Shown: positions 1 to 10,109, counted from the first letter of the stretch. The stretch is DNA of 32,000 nucleotides from Candidatus Thorarchaeota archaeon (GCA_008080745.1 SHMX01000006.1:60001-92000), one strand, 5' to 3'. Notes: generated from the letters alone by a model not told the origin. Made by a program: numbers and translations.

Positions 1-2060
1 ATCGTTGCTGGATCATGATTGGCATTATAGACAGTTTGACCTTGTGAATAGATTAGGTAAGAACCCAAAGCATCTATGGATCGTGATGGTAACGTCTGGA
101 GTGGAACTCTTAGCAAAGAACGCATTACCTGAACACACGTTGCATCAGCTGTGGCCGAGGGATAACGACTAGGAGTAGACCATCCTGAGATAGCTCTTTC
201 AAAAGAAACAGGTAATGTTACTCCTGGTCCACGGAAAGGTCCTACAGTCACAACCTCATCAGGATGCTTAACCTGAGCAACATTTTTCATCCAGTCGCGA
301 AACTCCATGGCTAGTTGGAACATAGCTCCAAAGGGAGGATTAATGTCCGTAAGCTCTAGAGATGTCCATACGTGTCGGAATGAAAAGACCGAGGTAAATG
401 GAATCAGGAATTCTCTATGATAACTGATCTGCTCAGGAATTTGAGAGAGAGTCATTAGTTTCGAATTATTATAAGAGAATGGAACTACCGCCGCATGTTT
501 TTGTGCACCAATAAGGGCTGATGGAGCAAAATAATCTCCATGACTATCAAAGAGGACGAAGTTTCCCTGATCAAGTGGATAATCGCGGACATTTGCCATC
601 CATCTGTGCATACTAGGAATGCTATCTATCAGTTCAACTCGATTGGTAAGCATCTGCAATTTTCCAATTATCTGGTTTGGTATTTTCTTCATTGGATCTA
701 CAAGATAGATACGACTAGGTTCTAAATTGGACAAACTCGCCATTGTCGCGGCAGGTAATGATGTACTATCATCAACATAGAGAATCGGTGAACCCGTATG
801 GGAAGCTATCACTGCTGCATTCGAGCACGATAATTCACTTGCTAGCCATTTCTGATTGAGAGTCTGCTTGCTTATACTTAGGTCGTAAGAAACACTGAAT
901 GATTCACCGCTGCCAACATACACCTTGTATGTCCCGGGTTCAGGATGGGCAAGAGAAGCTTGAATCGAATCAACTTCTCCAAATTCCGGATAATCTGTAA
1001 ACATCCAGTAACGATTTGTATCAAGTACTAATTGTCCAGATGGACCCAAGACATTCAAACCTACTAATCTCTCACCACCAGTAACATCAAGCGAGAAATC
1101 AATCCGACAATCTTCACCTGGTTCTACCGTGAATTCATAAAAATTCGCATCAAAGGTTTTGATTGTGAAATCTAAAGCAACATAACGACTATAATCTTCA
1201 AAATCTATGACATGTAAGAACCACGTATCACCATTGAATTCTTCATAGGGATAATAGACGGTATTCTCAACATAAGGATAGTCCATTTCATACCAATCTT
1301 CCCAGATTTCATTGTAACCATAACTGTTAGGAACATCGTATATGCTTTTCACAAGTAAATCAAAATAGAGCATAGGATCATCGTTTTCAAGAGTTACAGC
1401 AATTCCTCCACCCGAGGGTGTGATTGAATATTGATATTCCCAATTCCAGTATGAACTTGATTCACCATCATGGGTAGAGAGCGAATAACCCGATAAAGTA
1501 TCGCTACTAGTGAGAATATTGGTGGTTTCAAACATTTCTAGAGTAGGATTGGCATATGCAATCACAGCAGTATCAGTACCAACAAAGAAAGTATCTGCAA
1601 TCTCTGAAGCTACTGCATAAGGGTCAGTATTTGGAATGTTGTACACTTCGTTAGCGATTGAACCCAAATTCGCATAGACCGGATTAGCTGCTGTGCCGAT
1701 ATAGACGAGTTCACCTAATTGATTATCCAGAAGTTCAGTCCATTCTTCTATCGGCGTCTGAAAATTGGTTGAATGGTCGGGCAATAACATACCACTAGCT
1801 GTAAGATTGTTTCTCGATTGGATATTTAATGGGATAGAACTGATATAATTCAAAGCATCAATGTACTTTGAATTTGACTTACCTACTATGGTTGTGATAT
1901 CCATAGGGATATTTCCATCATAAGCTAACTGAGATTCGCAAAGAACCTCCTGAAAACTTATGTCAGAACTATGACTAGAATTAGGGATTGTAAGAGGAGA
2001 TACACCGGAGAAACAGAGAATAATTGTAATTATTGCTAGAACAAGTGACCTAATCTTCAT
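1..2060 (-). CDS. Partial (runs off left edge, >=686 aa) secreted protein with cell-wall-binding-2 (CWB2)-like repeats and an inserted PPC-like beta-sandwich region
   Basis: Not in ORF track; translated by hand. ATG at 2060 follows GGAGG with a 9-nt spacer and the frame stays open to the edge. Signal peptide MKIRSLVLAIITIISLFLSG; CWB2-like DPYAVASEIADTFF..TAVIAY and NAAVIASHTGSPILYV..LP..L; PPC-like HPEPGTYKVYV. Confidence 0.75.
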   Translation of the reverse strand, partial: MKIRSLVLAIITIILCFSGVSPLTIPNSSHSSDISFQEVLCESQLAYDGNIPMDITTIVGKSNSKYIDALNYISSIPLNIQSRNNLTASGMLLPDHSTNFQTPIEEWTELLDNQLGELVYIGTAANPVYANLGSIANEVYNIPNTDPYAVASEIADTFFVGTDTAVIAYANPTLEMFETTNILTSSDTLSGYSLSTHDGESSSYWNWEYQYSITPSGGGIAVTLENDDPMLYFDLLVKSIYDVPNSYGYNEIWEDWYEMDYPYVENTVYYPYEEFNGDTWFLHVIDFEDYSRYVALDFTIKTFDANFYEFTVEPGEDCRIDFSLDVTGGERLVGLNVLGPSGQLVLDTNRYWMFTDYPEFGEVDSIQASLAHPEPGTYKVYVGSGESFSVSYDLSISKQTLNQKWLASELSCSNAAVIASHTGSPILYVDDSTSLPAATMASLSNLEPSRIYLVDPMKKIPNQIIGKLQMLTNRVELIDSIPSMHRWMANVRDYPLDQGNFVLFDSHGDYFAPSALIGAQKHAAVVPFSYNNSKLMTLSQIPEQISYHREFLIPFTSVFSFRHVWTSLELTDINPPFGAMFQLAMEFRDWMKNVAQVKHPDEVVTVGPFRGPGVTLPVSFERAISGWSTPSRYPSATADATCVQVMRSLLRVPLQTLPSRSIDALGSYLIYSQGQTVYNANHDPAT

Positions 2061-2220
2061 TAAATACAACCTCCAGATCACCACGTTCTATGCTCTTTCG
2101 TAAATCCTCAAGATTTCTTTTCTTCTCAAGGACATGTTTAGTAAAGATAAAGGAAAGCATCCCTAATATTACAAGCACACCAAAGGTGCTTGCAATAAGT
2201 ACAAGTTCCATCATTTGCAT
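2050..2220 (-). CDS. Small single-pass membrane protein, 56 aa (MQMMELVLIASTFGVLVILGMLSFIFTKHVLEKKRNLEDLRKSIERGDLEVVFNED)
   Basis: Below the ORF-track cutoff; translated by hand. One ~22-aa hydrophobic helix followed by a charged tail; G-rich GTGGGG upstream; the stop overlaps the start of the next gene by 11 bp. Confidence 0.6.
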   Translation of the reverse strand: MQMMELVLIASTFGVLVILGMLSFIFTKHVLEKKRNLEDLRKSIERGDLEVVFNED

Positions 2221-2594
2221 TGTTAGATTGCCCCACTAAGAATATGGAATTATGAAAAGGAATCTATTTTCGTTACACATGTTTTCGTTCATTCCCTATC
2301 ATCTCCAGTGATAAACTCCAATCCCAACATATGTTGAAGATATAAATACATTTACTCTGACGGTCAATATATATTTTATTTCTATTTTGTTATTGAATCA
2401 GTAGTTCATTGCTCCACTCTTTACCATTGCAATATGGAGATATCTTGTCACTTCTTATTTTGTAAAAAACAAACCGGTTTCATTCCATTCGTTATACATT
2501 TTCAGCTATGAATTGATGCAAAGAAACTGTAAATATCTCCATCCATCAGAAAATCTTATGCCAAAACATAATTCATTGTTAATTACCAAATAAG

Positions 2595-3260
2595 ATGGAT
2601 GTAGCTGAAATGAGCGATATACCAGAGGTTTCCGCACCTGTACAGTGGATGAGGGGCTGGAATAAACATCTAAATTCGATACTTAAAGCATCTGATGAAG
2701 ACTTACTGTCACAACCTATTGGACATGTAACACAGCAGTTGTCACGAGCTTTATTTGTGGCGGATGTGGAACCTGAAGGAATGGATGTTCTAGAGATTGC
2801 ATGTGGAGATGGTAGAACATCGTGCCACATGGCAAAATTAGGATGTAAAGTACAGGCCTTTGATGCAATCCCAACAGCTCTGGAGGTTTCTAGGAGAAGA
2901 GCTGAACTCATGGAGGTTTCCGAGAATACTATATTTGAATTAAGCACAATGGAAGAGTTCCAATTAGAAAGTTATGATATTGTTATTGCATTACAGTGTA
3001 TTCAATACCTATTTGATGAGGCTATCTCAAAATTGAAAGAGATTAGAGATTCAATAAGACCAGGGGGTTTTGTTGCATATTCAGGAAATATCCCCCCACA
3101 TTTTGAAACTGAACCAAAAATCAGATTCATTAATCCCAATGAATTAAAAGAAATTTTTGATGGATGGACCGTCCATTCTTATGGTACAGAAGAAACTTTA
3201 TTGAAACCTGATGATTTACGAGGCTACGTCTGGCTGGTCGCTCGTAAGTCTACTAATTGA
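2595..3260 (+). CDS. Class I SAM-dependent methyltransferase (TehB/Methyltransf_25-like)
   Basis: Motif I VLEIACGDGR, motif II VQAFDA, YDIVIA, and IRPGGFV. Substrate unknown. Confidence 0.85.
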   Translation: MDVAEMSDIPEVSAPVQWMRGWNKHLNSILKASDEDLLSQPIGHVTQQLSRALFVADVEPEGMDVLEIACGDGRTSCHMAKLGCKVQAFDAIPTALEVSRRRAELMEVSENTIFELSTMEEFQLESYDIVIALQCIQYLFDEAISKLKEIRDSIRPGGFVAYSGNIPPHFETEPKIRFINPNELKEIFDGWTVHSYGTEETLLKPDDLRGYVWLVARKSTN

Positions 3261-3845
3261 GATAGATGGAGTTTCAAGATCGATTTCTCTAAGAAGTTCA
3301 TCAGTCTTAACGACCTCAGAGCCATGTACATCGCGTATTTGTCCCAGAGCAAAATCATGTATTTCATCACTCGTAGTTCCGGTCGCATCTGAAACTACTA
3401 TTACATTATAGTCCTTAGCAGAGGCATCAGCAGAGGTGTACATTACACAGATATTTGTTAGTACTCCCACAAGTATTATGGTTTCAATACCAGCTTCTCT
3501 AAGACTCAAATCTAAATCAGTTCCGAAGAATCCAGAATATCGTCGTTTGGGAATGACGCGTTCATTTGAGGAGGGTTCTAGTTCATCTATTACCTCTGCA
3601 CCCTCTGTCCCAACAACTGCATGCGCACCCCACATATCAAACTCAGGATCATCGGGAAGATGATTATCAGTAAGATAAACAACCATCATTCCGCTCTCAC
3701 GCGCAGCCTCTAGAAGTTTCTTCTGTCGTGGAATAAGATCTATCGCACCAGGTACCACCAGCGCACCATCTTTTCTTACAAAATCATTCAACATATCAAC
3801 TATTACTAATGCTGTCTTATTTGGGTCCATATCCAACATCTTCAC
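3216..3845 (-). CDS. pncA: Isochorismatase-family cysteine hydrolase, likely nicotinamidase
   Basis: ALVIVDMLNDF (catalytic Asp), TDNH..D.EF..W..H metal ligands, IPKRRYSGF (Lys), LTNICV (Cys); directly downstream of pncB on the same strand. Confidence 0.8.
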   Translation of the reverse strand: MKMLDMDPNKTALVIVDMLNDFVRKDGALVVPGAIDLIPRQKKLLEAARESGMMVVYLTDNHLPDDPEFDMWGAHAVVGTEGAEVIDELEPSSNERVIPKRRYSGFFGTDLDLSLREAGIETIILVGVLTNICVMYTSADASAKDYNVIVVSDATGTTSDEIHDFALGQIRDVHGSEVVKTDELLREIDLETPSISISRLTSDQPDVAS

Positions 3846-3888
3846 ATATTAAATATAGTTAATAATAGTTATAAGACTTGGGACATGT

Positions 3889-5103
3889 TCACGAGATTTT
3901 TAGTCTAGATACTTGCTCAAGAACATAGGTACGAATATCAGTCGGAGTGGATTGTGGTTTTAATCTACTACCCTTTTCCAGAAGAAGTTCTGTTGCTTTT
4001 TGCATCTTGCCAGCGCCACAGTAGCATGTGGGAATATCAGCATTCCATTGAGTCACACTCATTTCCAGACATTGAGGACATTGCCATACAATCTTTCTAC
4101 CAGAGAACTTACCTCGTTTAGCAGCAGGTTTCCATTCACCATCGGTATGAATAGCAACAACATCCATAGCGAAATCAATCGCAGGAGAGTTAGATATTGC
4201 TCCACCAACACCAAATCCTGCTATTGGTGTATCTCCTAGCTCCGAAATCTTTTCTGCATCGAGACCTCCGCTAATAAATAGCTTCACATCAGTAAAACCA
4301 CGAATATCCAACTCCCAACGAACTTCTTGGATAATTCGTTTGAAGTCGCCTTTCCTACTACCAGGAGTATCTAATCGAACGCCAGTCAATTTGGAAATGT
4401 TCTCTGCAGCCATAATTGATTCCACCACTTCATCAAGATAAGTGTCAGCCAGAGCGATACGCGGAATATCATCGGGTAAATCCTTGTCAAATGCGGTCCA
4501 TGCTTTTACTTGGTCTTGAAACGCAATTATCAGAGCATGAGGCATTGTTCCTGAGGCATCCATATCCAATAGCTCAGCACCAAGAATACATGAAACACCA
4601 TCACACCCGCCGATGTAAGCTGCATATTCAACTTGAGGAGTAATAGCAGGGTGAGTCCGTCTTGCACCAAAAGAAAGCAATGTTCTATCCCCGCACGCTT
4701 TTCTGATTCTTGCTGTCTTTGAAACCATACCAGAGGTATGGCACATGAATCCTAGGAGAGGGGTCTCAAGTACTGCAAAATCAGCATAATGACCAACAAT
4801 TTGAAGAACTGGAATTTTTACACCGGATTTTGCCCTAGGCGAAAATACTCGGCCTTCACGTAACCCATACAAATCTACATTCTTATCTTGAAACAGAGTA
4901 ATGACATCATCAATACCTGCTGAAACCCCCCAATCCAATCCTTCCGGCATTCCTGATACCGTGATCTCTGCATAAACCAGAGGATTGACTCCTTCCCTTC
5001 TTAGCACCTCCTCGGTTCTCTTAAAATAAACATCAGTAGTCTTCCCATCAAGTATTTCTTCTTCAGTGGCTATTCTCCATTTTCTCCTCATTTGATAAAC
5101 CAT
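3889..5103 (-). CDS. pncB: Nicotinate phosphoribosyltransferase (archaeal type)
   Basis: TTDVYF, FGARRTHP, GTMPHAL (phospho-His), VRLDTP, SGG, FGVG, DF..D and K.GK.SG motifs. Confidence 0.93.
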   Translation of the reverse strand: MVYQMRRKWRIATEEEILDGKTTDVYFKRTEEVLRREGVNPLVYAEITVSGMPEGLDWGVSAGIDDVITLFQDKNVDLYGLREGRVFSPRAKSGVKIPVLQIVGHYADFAVLETPLLGFMCHTSGMVSKTARIRKACGDRTLLSFGARRTHPAITPQVEYAAYIGGCDGVSCILGAELLDMDASGTMPHALIIAFQDQVKAWTAFDKDLPDDIPRIALADTYLDEVVESIMAAENISKLTGVRLDTPGSRKGDFKRIIQEVRWELDIRGFTDVKLFISGGLDAEKISELGDTPIAGFGVGGAISNSPAIDFAMDVVAIHTDGEWKPAAKRGKFSGRKIVWQCPQCLEMSVTQWNADIPTCYCGAGKMQKATELLLEKGSRLKPQSTPTDIRTYVLEQVSRLKIS

Positions 5104-5111
5104 ATTTAAGT

Positions 5112-5126
5112 ATGCAATTATTGCAT
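5112..5126. promoter_or_regulatory. Perfect palindrome ATGCAAT-T-ATTGCAT just upstream of the pncB start; candidate operator
   Basis: 7-bp inverted repeat with a 1-nt centre, 9 nt from the annotated start. Function is inferred from position only. Confidence 0.3.
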
Positions 5127-5192
5127 TTGACTTCTCCGTTATGGTGTAAAGTAGAAAATATATCCCAGAGAGCCGTAAAGAGAAGAAACTCG

Positions 5193-7436
5193 TTACTCGC
5201 TAGGTCCAGAAATGATCTTCTCTCGAAAAACTATCAATAAAATAACAATTGCAGCGCCCGAAACTCCAATCGTGACAATAACAGTGGATAAGTTGTCAGT
5301 AGGTGTTGTTGAGCTTGTTGTACTAGGAGTAACGCTTGTTGTCGTGGATGTGGAGGGTGTAGATACGGGTTCTACTATCAGAAGCAAATCATCTTGAGCA
5401 GAGTTACCACCCTTATCATAAATAATTACCAAAACCGAATATACACCGGGTTCCAGATACTCAAAGGTTATTTCGATTTTTTCCTGCTCTAAATTCCAAG
5501 TCTGCGATGTCACCAGCTCATTATTCAGATAGATTTCATAGGAGGCAGGATTTCGGTCTGAAGAAATCCATTCTAAGGTGATAGACTCATTTTCTTGAAT
5601 GGTAACATTACCAACATCTTCTATTGTAGGAGCGATTGTATCCTGAATAATGACACTAAGGATTTCCTCGCAGTAATTATCATATGGATCATATGCTCGC
5701 ACTGTTAGTCTATACAAACCCAAATCTAAAATTGCCGAGCTCATTATCAATCCGGATTCGGAAATATTGAATCGGCTTGTATCATTAATCCAATAGTAAT
5801 CAATGCCAGAGAGATCAGATGCTTCAACATCCAGAATGAAATAATTTCCCGATTCTACGATATATTCATCATACTCAGAATTCCAATTTGGATTTGTGGT
5901 GTCAACAGTTTCCACAAATACAGTATCGGAGGTTTGTATCTCGCTGGAAGTCGTTACGGTTAGTTTGTATTCATTGATTCCAACCGAATCTGAATATGTT
6001 TCAAAAATAATCTCCGATTCATTGAAGATACCTGAAGAAAGTAAGTTATCGTCACAGTATAACTGATAATTTTTGATTCGGAGACCTGAAACATTCCATT
6101 GTAATAAGGTTGCATCACCTAGTTCGGTTGAGAAATCATCCATACCTTGAATCATACCAATATAATGTGGAGATGAATCGACGCTGAAAGAATTACCAGC
6201 TATTGCATAGTCTTCAGTTCCTGTATAGTCACTGTATGCATTGTCAGCCCAGATATTATTGATAGCAGCTAATGTTGTTGTTCCAATGGAATCTTGAGCG
6301 TTTCTAATAGAGTTCCAACCAATCTCATTTCCAGTCACATTTATTGAAGAGCTGCCCTCAAGGTATACTCCGACTTCCGAGTTCCAGAATACAGTATTAT
6401 TAGCTACTTGGTCATTACTTGAACTACGGAGAAATATACCATCACCACTGCAATCGGTAACTCGATTCATGTATATAGTTCCCATACTAATAGTTCGGAG
6501 ATATATTCCATTAGTACAAGATGAAATATTATTGAAGGAAACATTGAACGTATTCCCAAACGAAAGGTAGAGACCATAATTGGGCCCTGTTATTACGTTA
6601 CTAAAGATATCAGTATAATCTAATTCACTAGTGAAAATACCATAATCTATGATAGAACTTAGGCTATTGTTGTGAAGAATAAGATCTTCTCCATTCTCAA
6701 GAAGAACTCCAGTATCACAGTTCGAAATGATATTATCTGAAATGATAGTATCATCTACATGTGTAGCATGGATTCCTGTAGTACAATCATCAATCGTATT
6801 GAAGTAGATACTTCCAGGTTCTACTTGATCCATCAATATACCAGTATCAAAATCTATAATTGAATTATCGCAAATCGAAAAATCTTCCACCTGACTGAAG
6901 TTCAGACCCAATAATGAATGAGTTAGAACATTTTTGGTCACGTTTAGAGATTCCACGCGAGATGCAATTATGCCTGAGGAGAATCCACTAATGGTGTTGT
7001 TCTTCAGTTCAGAGTTGTTTGATTGGAAAAGGTATATTCCAGTTCCGTAACCATATGAATTGGAATGCACGGTGCAATTCTCTATTCTGAAATATGCTTC
7101 AGTTTGGCGAACTAGAATAGCTATACCATCTGTTTCAATTGTGTAGTTAGCAATCAAATATGGGTTATTGCTAGATCCATTCCCTGGAAAACCCCACATT
7201 TCAAAATCAGCATCACTCTCAATAACAATTGAGGATAGCACGACACTCGGGTGGAAACTAGTTTCAGAGATAGGATTTGAGTGAAGAAGAGGATTACCAA
7301 AATTCTGAATTGAAGGATAGGTAGTAAGAAGTATTCCAACAATAAATCCTGTAAGTACAACTTTTCTAGTTGAAATATTACTCAATAATACTGACACTTC
7401 TCTATTGCACGTTCCTCTCTCTAGCGACGCGACCAT
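5193..7436 (-). CDS. Cell-surface glycoprotein: NosD/CASH-type right-handed beta-helix, Ig-like domains, S/T linker and C-terminal TM anchor
   Basis: N-terminal hydrophobic segment, SDADF..WGFPGNGS..NPY motif, ~22-aa (GIxL..s.n..I.nN.I) repeats, many N-x-S/T sequons, PSTSTTTSVTPSTTSSTTP linker, TM VIVTIGVSGAAIVILLIVF. Confidence 0.88.
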   Translation of the reverse strand: MVASLERGTCNREVSVLLSNISTRKVVLTGFIVGILLTTYPSIQNFGNPLLHSNPISETSFHPSVVLSSIVIESDADFEMWGFPGNGSSNNPYLIANYTIETDGIAILVRQTEAYFRIENCTVHSNSYGYGTGIYLFQSNNSELKNNTISGFSSGIIASRVESLNVTKNVLTHSLLGLNFSQVEDFSICDNSIIDFDTGILMDQVEPGSIYFNTIDDCTTGIHATHVDDTIISDNIISNCDTGVLLENGEDLILHNNSLSSIIDYGIFTSELDYTDIFSNVITGPNYGLYLSFGNTFNVSFNNISSCTNGIYLRTISMGTIYMNRVTDCSGDGIFLRSSSNDQVANNTVFWNSEVGVYLEGSSSINVTGNEIGWNSIRNAQDSIGTTTLAAINNIWADNAYSDYTGTEDYAIAGNSFSVDSSPHYIGMIQGMDDFSTELGDATLLQWNVSGLRIKNYQLYCDDNLLSSGIFNESEIIFETYSDSVGINEYKLTVTTSSEIQTSDTVFVETVDTTNPNWNSEYDEYIVESGNYFILDVEASDLSGIDYYWINDTSRFNISESGLIMSSAILDLGLYRLTVRAYDPYDNYCEEILSVIIQDTIAPTIEDVGNVTIQENESITLEWISSDRNPASYEIYLNNELVTSQTWNLEQEKIEITFEYLEPGVYSVLVIIYDKGGNSAQDDLLLIVEPVSTPSTSTTTSVTPSTTSSTTPTDNLSTVIVTIGVSGAAIVILLIVFREKIISGPSE

Positions 7437-7715
7437 GATAACTTGGTAATGAACAAATTTTACACTTCTAGTAAATTCATCCCCTATAATATTTACATGA
7501 TTATTTATTATTTTAAATAGTTATCAATGAATCTTTGTCAATAATACAGTTTTTTCTAATTTACTATTAAGTTTTCTGAAAAAACCTCACTCATTTTCAA
7601 TATATTATGGATTGGTCAATTCCTATTCTCCAATAGATGATAATCAGCTACTCATAAGAAATGGTATTGCTTTTCTGTGATTCTTATCAATAAAGTCTGC
7701 AAGATGTGAAAAATC

Positions 7716-9425
7716 TCATCTATCGATAAGTGCATATAGATATTTGCGAAGTGCATCTGATTGACCTGAAGGATACACAGCTTCAGAATTCTCAGTAACA
7801 GATACCGACATGTTCAGTCTATTTAGAGCTTTCAGAATTATATCCAACTCTGATTCCTTACAGGAGATTCCTAAACCAAGTGCTGAACATAATTGAAATC
7901 CATATGCAGTGCAAAGGAGGGGTTTCAAATCGACTATTTCATCAGCAATGGGAACGACAATCTTTTCCAATTCGTGTTCTCTTTCCTTGAGAATATCTGG
8001 AACATGAAGCGAAATTTCAGGGGATATACTACTTAGATGTTCAACATCTACTAGTATTGTAGTACCTTGTTTTTTCCGCTGGTCAAGGAATAAATCTACA
8101 AGTCTAGATTTTATGGTATCGATATTATATTCATCTTGAATGAATTGCAATTCATTCTTGGTTATATCAAAGATACCTAAACTTTGGATATTCAATGAAC
8201 ATATAACGTCGCGCATCAAATGAATTAGTTTCCAGTCATCTTCTTCACTTTGTACAATTAGGGAAATGAGTTTCCGAATGTAGTCTAAGTTATTAGAAAA
8301 GACAGGTACATCGAATTGATCTACAGCTCCCGCAAATTCAGGGTTAACCCTACTCAGTGTATCACTACTTAGAATAGTAAGAACAATAGAGTTTCCTAAG
8401 TTCATGTAATCAAATGTGTTGATTTGAGTGAAAACAAGTGGTGTTACATCAACTGAAGGAATTGGAGTTCCTTCTGCTTGGATATTGTAGAATGTTTCAC
8501 AGAAAGAGAGAGGGTATAATCGAATCTCTCTAAGATAAGTGTATGACAAGTCCAAGAAACCAAGTTGGCCTTGAGTACTAAACGGAGTGAGGTCAATGGT
8601 ATCGAAGGGGTTTTCTCGAAGATTCAGCTCTCTAAGCTTTTCACAATTACGAAGAGAATCTAAGTTGATTGATTTGATTCTATTATAGCTTAGGTCAAGA
8701 TCAACGAGATTCTGACAATTGCCCAAGGGTTGAAGATCAATATGTTGGAGACCCATATCGTATAGACTAAGTTCTTTCAATGCATCACAATTAGATAACG
8801 GAACAAGATCAAGATGTGTTATTGGATTTCCAGCTAAACTAAGTACGCTCAGAGATTTACAGGTTCTCAAACCTTCAAGGTCTATTTCGTTGATCCTATT
8901 ATTCTCCAAGATAAGTTCGCTCAATTTTAAACAGTTAGACAGTGAAGAAAGGTCTATAGATTCCAGTTGATTTCTGGAAAGATCGAGTCTTCTCAATTCA
9001 TCACAATATTTCAATGGCCCCAAATCAAGATAGGAGAGGAGATTGGTATTCAAGTAGAGATTAGTCAGATTCGGGATGGTTGACAAAGGAGAGAGGTCTA
9101 AAGATGAGAACTGATTGTTGCTCAAGTGAATTGTTTCTAATGAGTGAATATAAGATAAAGGTTTCAAATCAACACTTGTCAAAGCATTAGAACTAACCGA
9201 GATTGTCTGCAAGGAAGGTAAATCCATAAGAGGGGTGAAATCGATTGTTAATAGTGAATTATTCCATAGACTAAGTGATTTCAAGGCGCGACATTTAGAT
9301 AATTCCGAGAGATCAACAGAAACAAAGTCCACACTATGTATTTCTACTTTCTCACTATCGGTTGTAAATCTATATGATAATGAATCACCACGTCTGTTCA
9401 ACCCAGTAATGGTTAGCTCACTCAT
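7716..9425 (-). CDS. Leucine-rich-repeat protein (~12 regular 24-aa repeats) with an unknown C-terminal domain
   Basis: Repeat consensus L..c..L..L.L..N.l..iDL.p, e.g. LKYCDELRRLDLSRNQLESIDLSS; no signal peptide. Confidence 0.92.
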   Translation of the reverse strand: MSELTITGLNRRGDSLSYRFTTDSEKVEIHSVDFVSVDLSELSKCRALKSLSLWNNSLLTIDFTPLMDLPSLQTISVSSNALTSVDLKPLSYIHSLETIHLSNNQFSSLDLSPLSTIPNLTNLYLNTNLLSYLDLGPLKYCDELRRLDLSRNQLESIDLSSLSNCLKLSELILENNRINEIDLEGLRTCKSLSVLSLAGNPITHLDLVPLSNCDALKELSLYDMGLQHIDLQPLGNCQNLVDLDLSYNRIKSINLDSLRNCEKLRELNLRENPFDTIDLTPFSTQGQLGFLDLSYTYLREIRLYPLSFCETFYNIQAEGTPIPSVDVTPLVFTQINTFDYMNLGNSIVLTILSSDTLSRVNPEFAGAVDQFDVPVFSNNLDYIRKLISLIVQSEEDDWKLIHLMRDVICSLNIQSLGIFDITKNELQFIQDEYNIDTIKSRLVDLFLDQRKKQGTTILVDVEHLSSISPEISLHVPDILKEREHELEKIVVPIADEIVDLKPLLCTAYGFQLCSALGLGISCKESELDIILKALNRLNMSVSVTENSEAVYPSGQSDALRKYLYALIDR

Positions 9426-9473
9426 GATAGTATCAACTGGTTTTTTGTGGGAAATTATTATGATATAGCCAGA

Positions 9474-10109
9474 TTATAGCTTCACTGCAACTGTACACCC
9501 TTCGCCAATGGGAAGGATAGTGCTCTCTAGTTTCCTCTCTAGAACTAATTGGTTGAATCTATGGATTGCCTTATCCGAATCATCCCATTCATCTTCTGGA
9601 GTCATAACTGGGAATAACGTATCATCTATTAGGAAGAGACCTCCCTTCTTTAGTACACGAAGACATTCGTCAAGCATGACTGGATAGAGTCGTTTTGAGG
9701 AATCTTGAAACACCACATCAAATGATTCTGATTCAAATTCTTGGATGGTTTTCTGAGCATCTCCAAATCGCATTTCTACAATATCTCCTACGTTGAAGTT
9801 TTCTAAATTCTTTTTAGCGACTTTAGCAATCTCCTCATCAATCTCCAAAGTAATGAGTTTAGCATCGAATTCCTGAATTGCTTTGGCAATATGAAGCGTT
9901 GAGAAACCAATACTGAGACCTATTTCTAGTACCCGTTTCGGTCTTGCACTCTTTAGTAATACACGAAACAATCTAGCAATTTCATCTTCAATCACAGGGT
10001 CGAAATCTATATTCCCTGATAGTTTAGTAATCTCCTCTACAGTGGGTTTGTCCTTTTTCTTGTAAATTTCAGCAATATACTCAACAGCTTCTTGGTAATC
10101 AAAATACAA
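9474..10109 (-). CDS. O-methyltransferase (Methyltransf_3; CCoAOMT/TrmR-like)
   Basis: KRVLEIGLSIGFSTL, ITLEID, GDA, FDVVFQD, LKKGGLFLIDD, LPIGEG; TTG start after AGGTGA. Confidence 0.9.
   Translation of the reverse strand: MYFDYQEAVEYIAEIYKKKDKPTVEEITKLSGNIDFDPVIEDEIARLFRVLLKSARPKRVLEIGLSIGFSTLHIAKAIQEFDAKLITLEIDEEIAKVAKKNLENFNVGDIVEMRFGDAQKTIQEFESESFDVVFQDSSKRLYPVMLDECLRVLKKGGLFLIDDTLFPVMTPEDEWDDSDKAIHRFNQLVLERKLESTILPIGEGCTVAVKL

Noticed and set aside
2325-2542. Palindrome CAACATATGTTG (2325-2336) and 10-bp inverted repeat ATGGAGATAT/ATATCTCCAT (2434-2443/2533-2542) as a MITE or operator
   Set aside because: No target-site duplication or second copy; plausible by chance in an AT-rich divergent promoter region.
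5285-5370. Short ACAACAAGC-type repeats as a tandem array
   Set aside because: They simply encode the Ser/Thr-rich linker of the surface protein.
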